NCBI GenBank assembly: GCA_045540015.1
Contig: JAZQGP010000013.1
Span: forward strand, 9,100-73,099
DNA: 64,000 bases
DNA from: Eubacteriales bacterium
Lineage (GTDB): Bacteria > Bacillota > Clostridia > Oscillospirales > CAG-382
Direction of reading: 5' to 3'
A model generated the notes under the pieces. The model was not told the DNA's origin, did not search any database, and was given only the letters and a program-made list of their open reading frames with translations. This document shows positions 62,470 through 64,000 of the stretch, piece after piece. Position numbers and translations under genes: made by a program. Every line of letters begins with the position of its first letter. The first letter of the stretch is position 1.

Positions 62470-63423
62470 ATGAATAAATCAGTAACAAAGGCAAAAAAGC
62501 CCGCATCTCTTGACAAAAAGAAGGCCAGAGGCGGATGGTGGTTCGTTCTTCCGTTCGTAATAGGTTTTGTAGTGCTTTATCTGCCTATGCTTTATAAATC
62601 TATAGAATTTTCCTTTAGTGAAATAACCATTATCCCCAAAGGCGGATACACTCTTGAATTTATAGGCTTTGAAAACTATCAGGAGGCCCTTTTCTCGGAC
62701 GCAGCGTACCTGAGAATACTCACCTCCAGCATAAAGCAGCTCGTTCTTGACGTTCCTGCAATTGTTATCTTCTCACTGTTCATGGCTATCGTTCTTAATC
62801 AGAAGATGTTCGGTAGAGCAGTGTTCAGAGCAATATTCTTTATTCCCGTTATTCTTACAACCGGTCTTATCGACTCCATTGACCAGAGCAATGCTGCAAT
62901 GGACTACATGAGCTCAGGCGGTATTGATACGGGCGCAGGATCCGGAAACGGAGCAAATGATATTATTAATGCCATGGATGTTACGGCACTGCTCGGAAAC
63001 ATGGTGGTAGGTACAGAGCTTGTTGAATACGTTGTAGGAGTTGTTAATAACATCTTCAACATAGTAAACCGTTCAGGTGTACAGATGCTTATATTCCTTG
63101 CAGGTCTTCAGTCTATCTCGCCCTCTATTTATGAGTCGTGTAAGATGGACGGTGCTTCCGGCTGGGAAACCTTCTGGAAGATAACCTTCCCGATGATAAG
63201 CCCGATGATTCTTGTTAATACGGTTTATACTGTTATAGACTCGTTCACCTCCGAATCGAACTCGGTTATGAGATATATCAATGCGGTGTATGAAGGAACA
63301 ACCAAAAACTCCCGAGAGCTCAGCTCTGCGATGTCATGGCTGTACTTCCTGATTGTACTTGCACTCATTGGCGGTGTTGCCGCACTCATTTCAGCGTTCG
63401 TATTCTACCAGAGACGAGATTAA
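62470..63423 (+). CDS. Second carbohydrate ABC permease (MalF-like)
   Basis: FIGFENY, FRAIFFIPVI, IFLAGLQSI, IYESCKMDGA, ITFPMISP. Confidence 0.93.
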   Translation: MNKSVTKAKKPASLDKKKARGGWWFVLPFVIGFVVLYLPMLYKSIEFSFSEITIIPKGGYTLEFIGFENYQEALFSDAAYLRILTSSIKQLVLDVPAIVIFSLFMAIVLNQKMFGRAVFRAIFFIPVILTTGLIDSIDQSNAAMDYMSSGGIDTGAGSGNGANDIINAMDVTALLGNMVVGTELVEYVVGVVNNIFNIVNRSGVQMLIFLAGLQSISPSIYESCKMDGASGWETFWKITFPMISPMILVNTVYTVIDSFTSESNSVMRYINAVYEGTTKNSRELSSAMSWLYFLIVLALIGGVAALISAFVFYQRRD

Positions 63424-63437
63424 GGAGGGATAACGTA

Positions 63438-64000
63438 ATGAATAAAACAGGAACCAAGCAACTTTCCAGAAAAGATATGAAAATCGAATTCGAGGGAAAA
63501 GTGGGCTTCTGGACAAGACTTAAGCTTAAGCTCTTCTCAGCAGCATTCCTCGGAAAACTGGTTTACGTTATTTTCCGCTTTGTACTTCTCGTTGGTATTT
63601 CCTACATCATACTTTACCCGTTCTTCACAAAGATTATGGCGTCCTTTATGAGCACGTCCGACTTCGTTGACGTAACGGTAAAGCTGATTCCCAGAAATCC
63701 CACTCTTGACCAGTGGAAATTCATCATACTTGAAAACAAGTATTTCACAGCACTTTTCAATACCGCCCGTGTATCGGTACTTTGCGGATTTTTCCAGACA
63801 CTTATTTGTGCGATTGTCGGATACGGTTTTGCGAAGTTTAAGTTTAAGGGAAGAAATATTCTGTTCTTTGCGGTAATTATCACACTTCTTATTCCGCATG
63901 ACACACTTCTTCTTGCTATGTTCATGCAGTTCAGATATTTTGATATTTTCGGGATTTTCGGACTGTTTACAGCCGGACAGGGCATCAACCTTATAAACAC
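63438..64000 (+). CDS. Second MalG-like carbohydrate ABC permease, 3'-truncated (not in the ORF track)
   Basis: RBS AAGGAGG, ATG 63438. Translates MNKTG..ISYIILYPFF..LIPRNPTL..VGYGFAKFKFKGRNILF; open to the window end. Confidence 0.88.
   Translation, partial: MNKTGTKQLSRKDMKIEFEGKVGFWTRLKLKLFSAAFLGKLVYVIFRFVLLVGISYIILYPFFTKIMASFMSTSDFVDVTVKLIPRNPTLDQWKFIILENKYFTALFNTARVSVLCGFFQTLICAIVGYGFAKFKFKGRNILFFAVIITLLIPHDTLLLAMFMQFRYFDIFGIFGLFTAGQGINLIN

Noticed and set aside
63537-64000. Minus-strand ORFs at the window end
   Set aside because: The plus-strand frame from ATG 63438 has an RBS and encodes a clear permease.

Overview
A mostly housekeeping 64 kb chromosomal stretch from a spore-forming Clostridia bacterium (Oscillospirales/Ruminococcaceae-like, inferred from spoIVA, a dockerin-bearing protein and gene content). 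It carries rnhA, a stand-alone rpoB-rpoC operon, cyclophilin, an S1-domain protein, an orphan OppA, rsmA, a large secreted GLUG/Listeria-Bacteroides-repeat/dockerin protein, spoIVA, a tagA-recF-remB-gyrB unit detached from dnaA-dnaN and gyrA, yceD-rpmF, DUF512-der-addA, a metal ABC operon with a Fur-type box, fba, asnA, birA, pgk-tpiA, two accessory genes behind rlmD, a PrsA-like foldase and recG-uvrA-ABC-F. The window ends inside a large glycan-uptake operon: giant SBP, two permeases, an NHL/TPR/Yip1 fusion, a DUF5696-like protein and two more permeases. I saw no tRNA, rRNA, CRISPR array, transposase or integrase. Best candidates for undescribed biology: (1) the double-permease NHL-Yip1/DUF5696 glycan machine; (2) a covarying 33-bp palindrome family forming mirror-image arrays on both sides of pgk-tpiA next to a GTAG REP; (3) a ~160-nt rod-like fold overlapping the glycan operon promoter. 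All family assignments come from motif recognition by eye, not from database searches.
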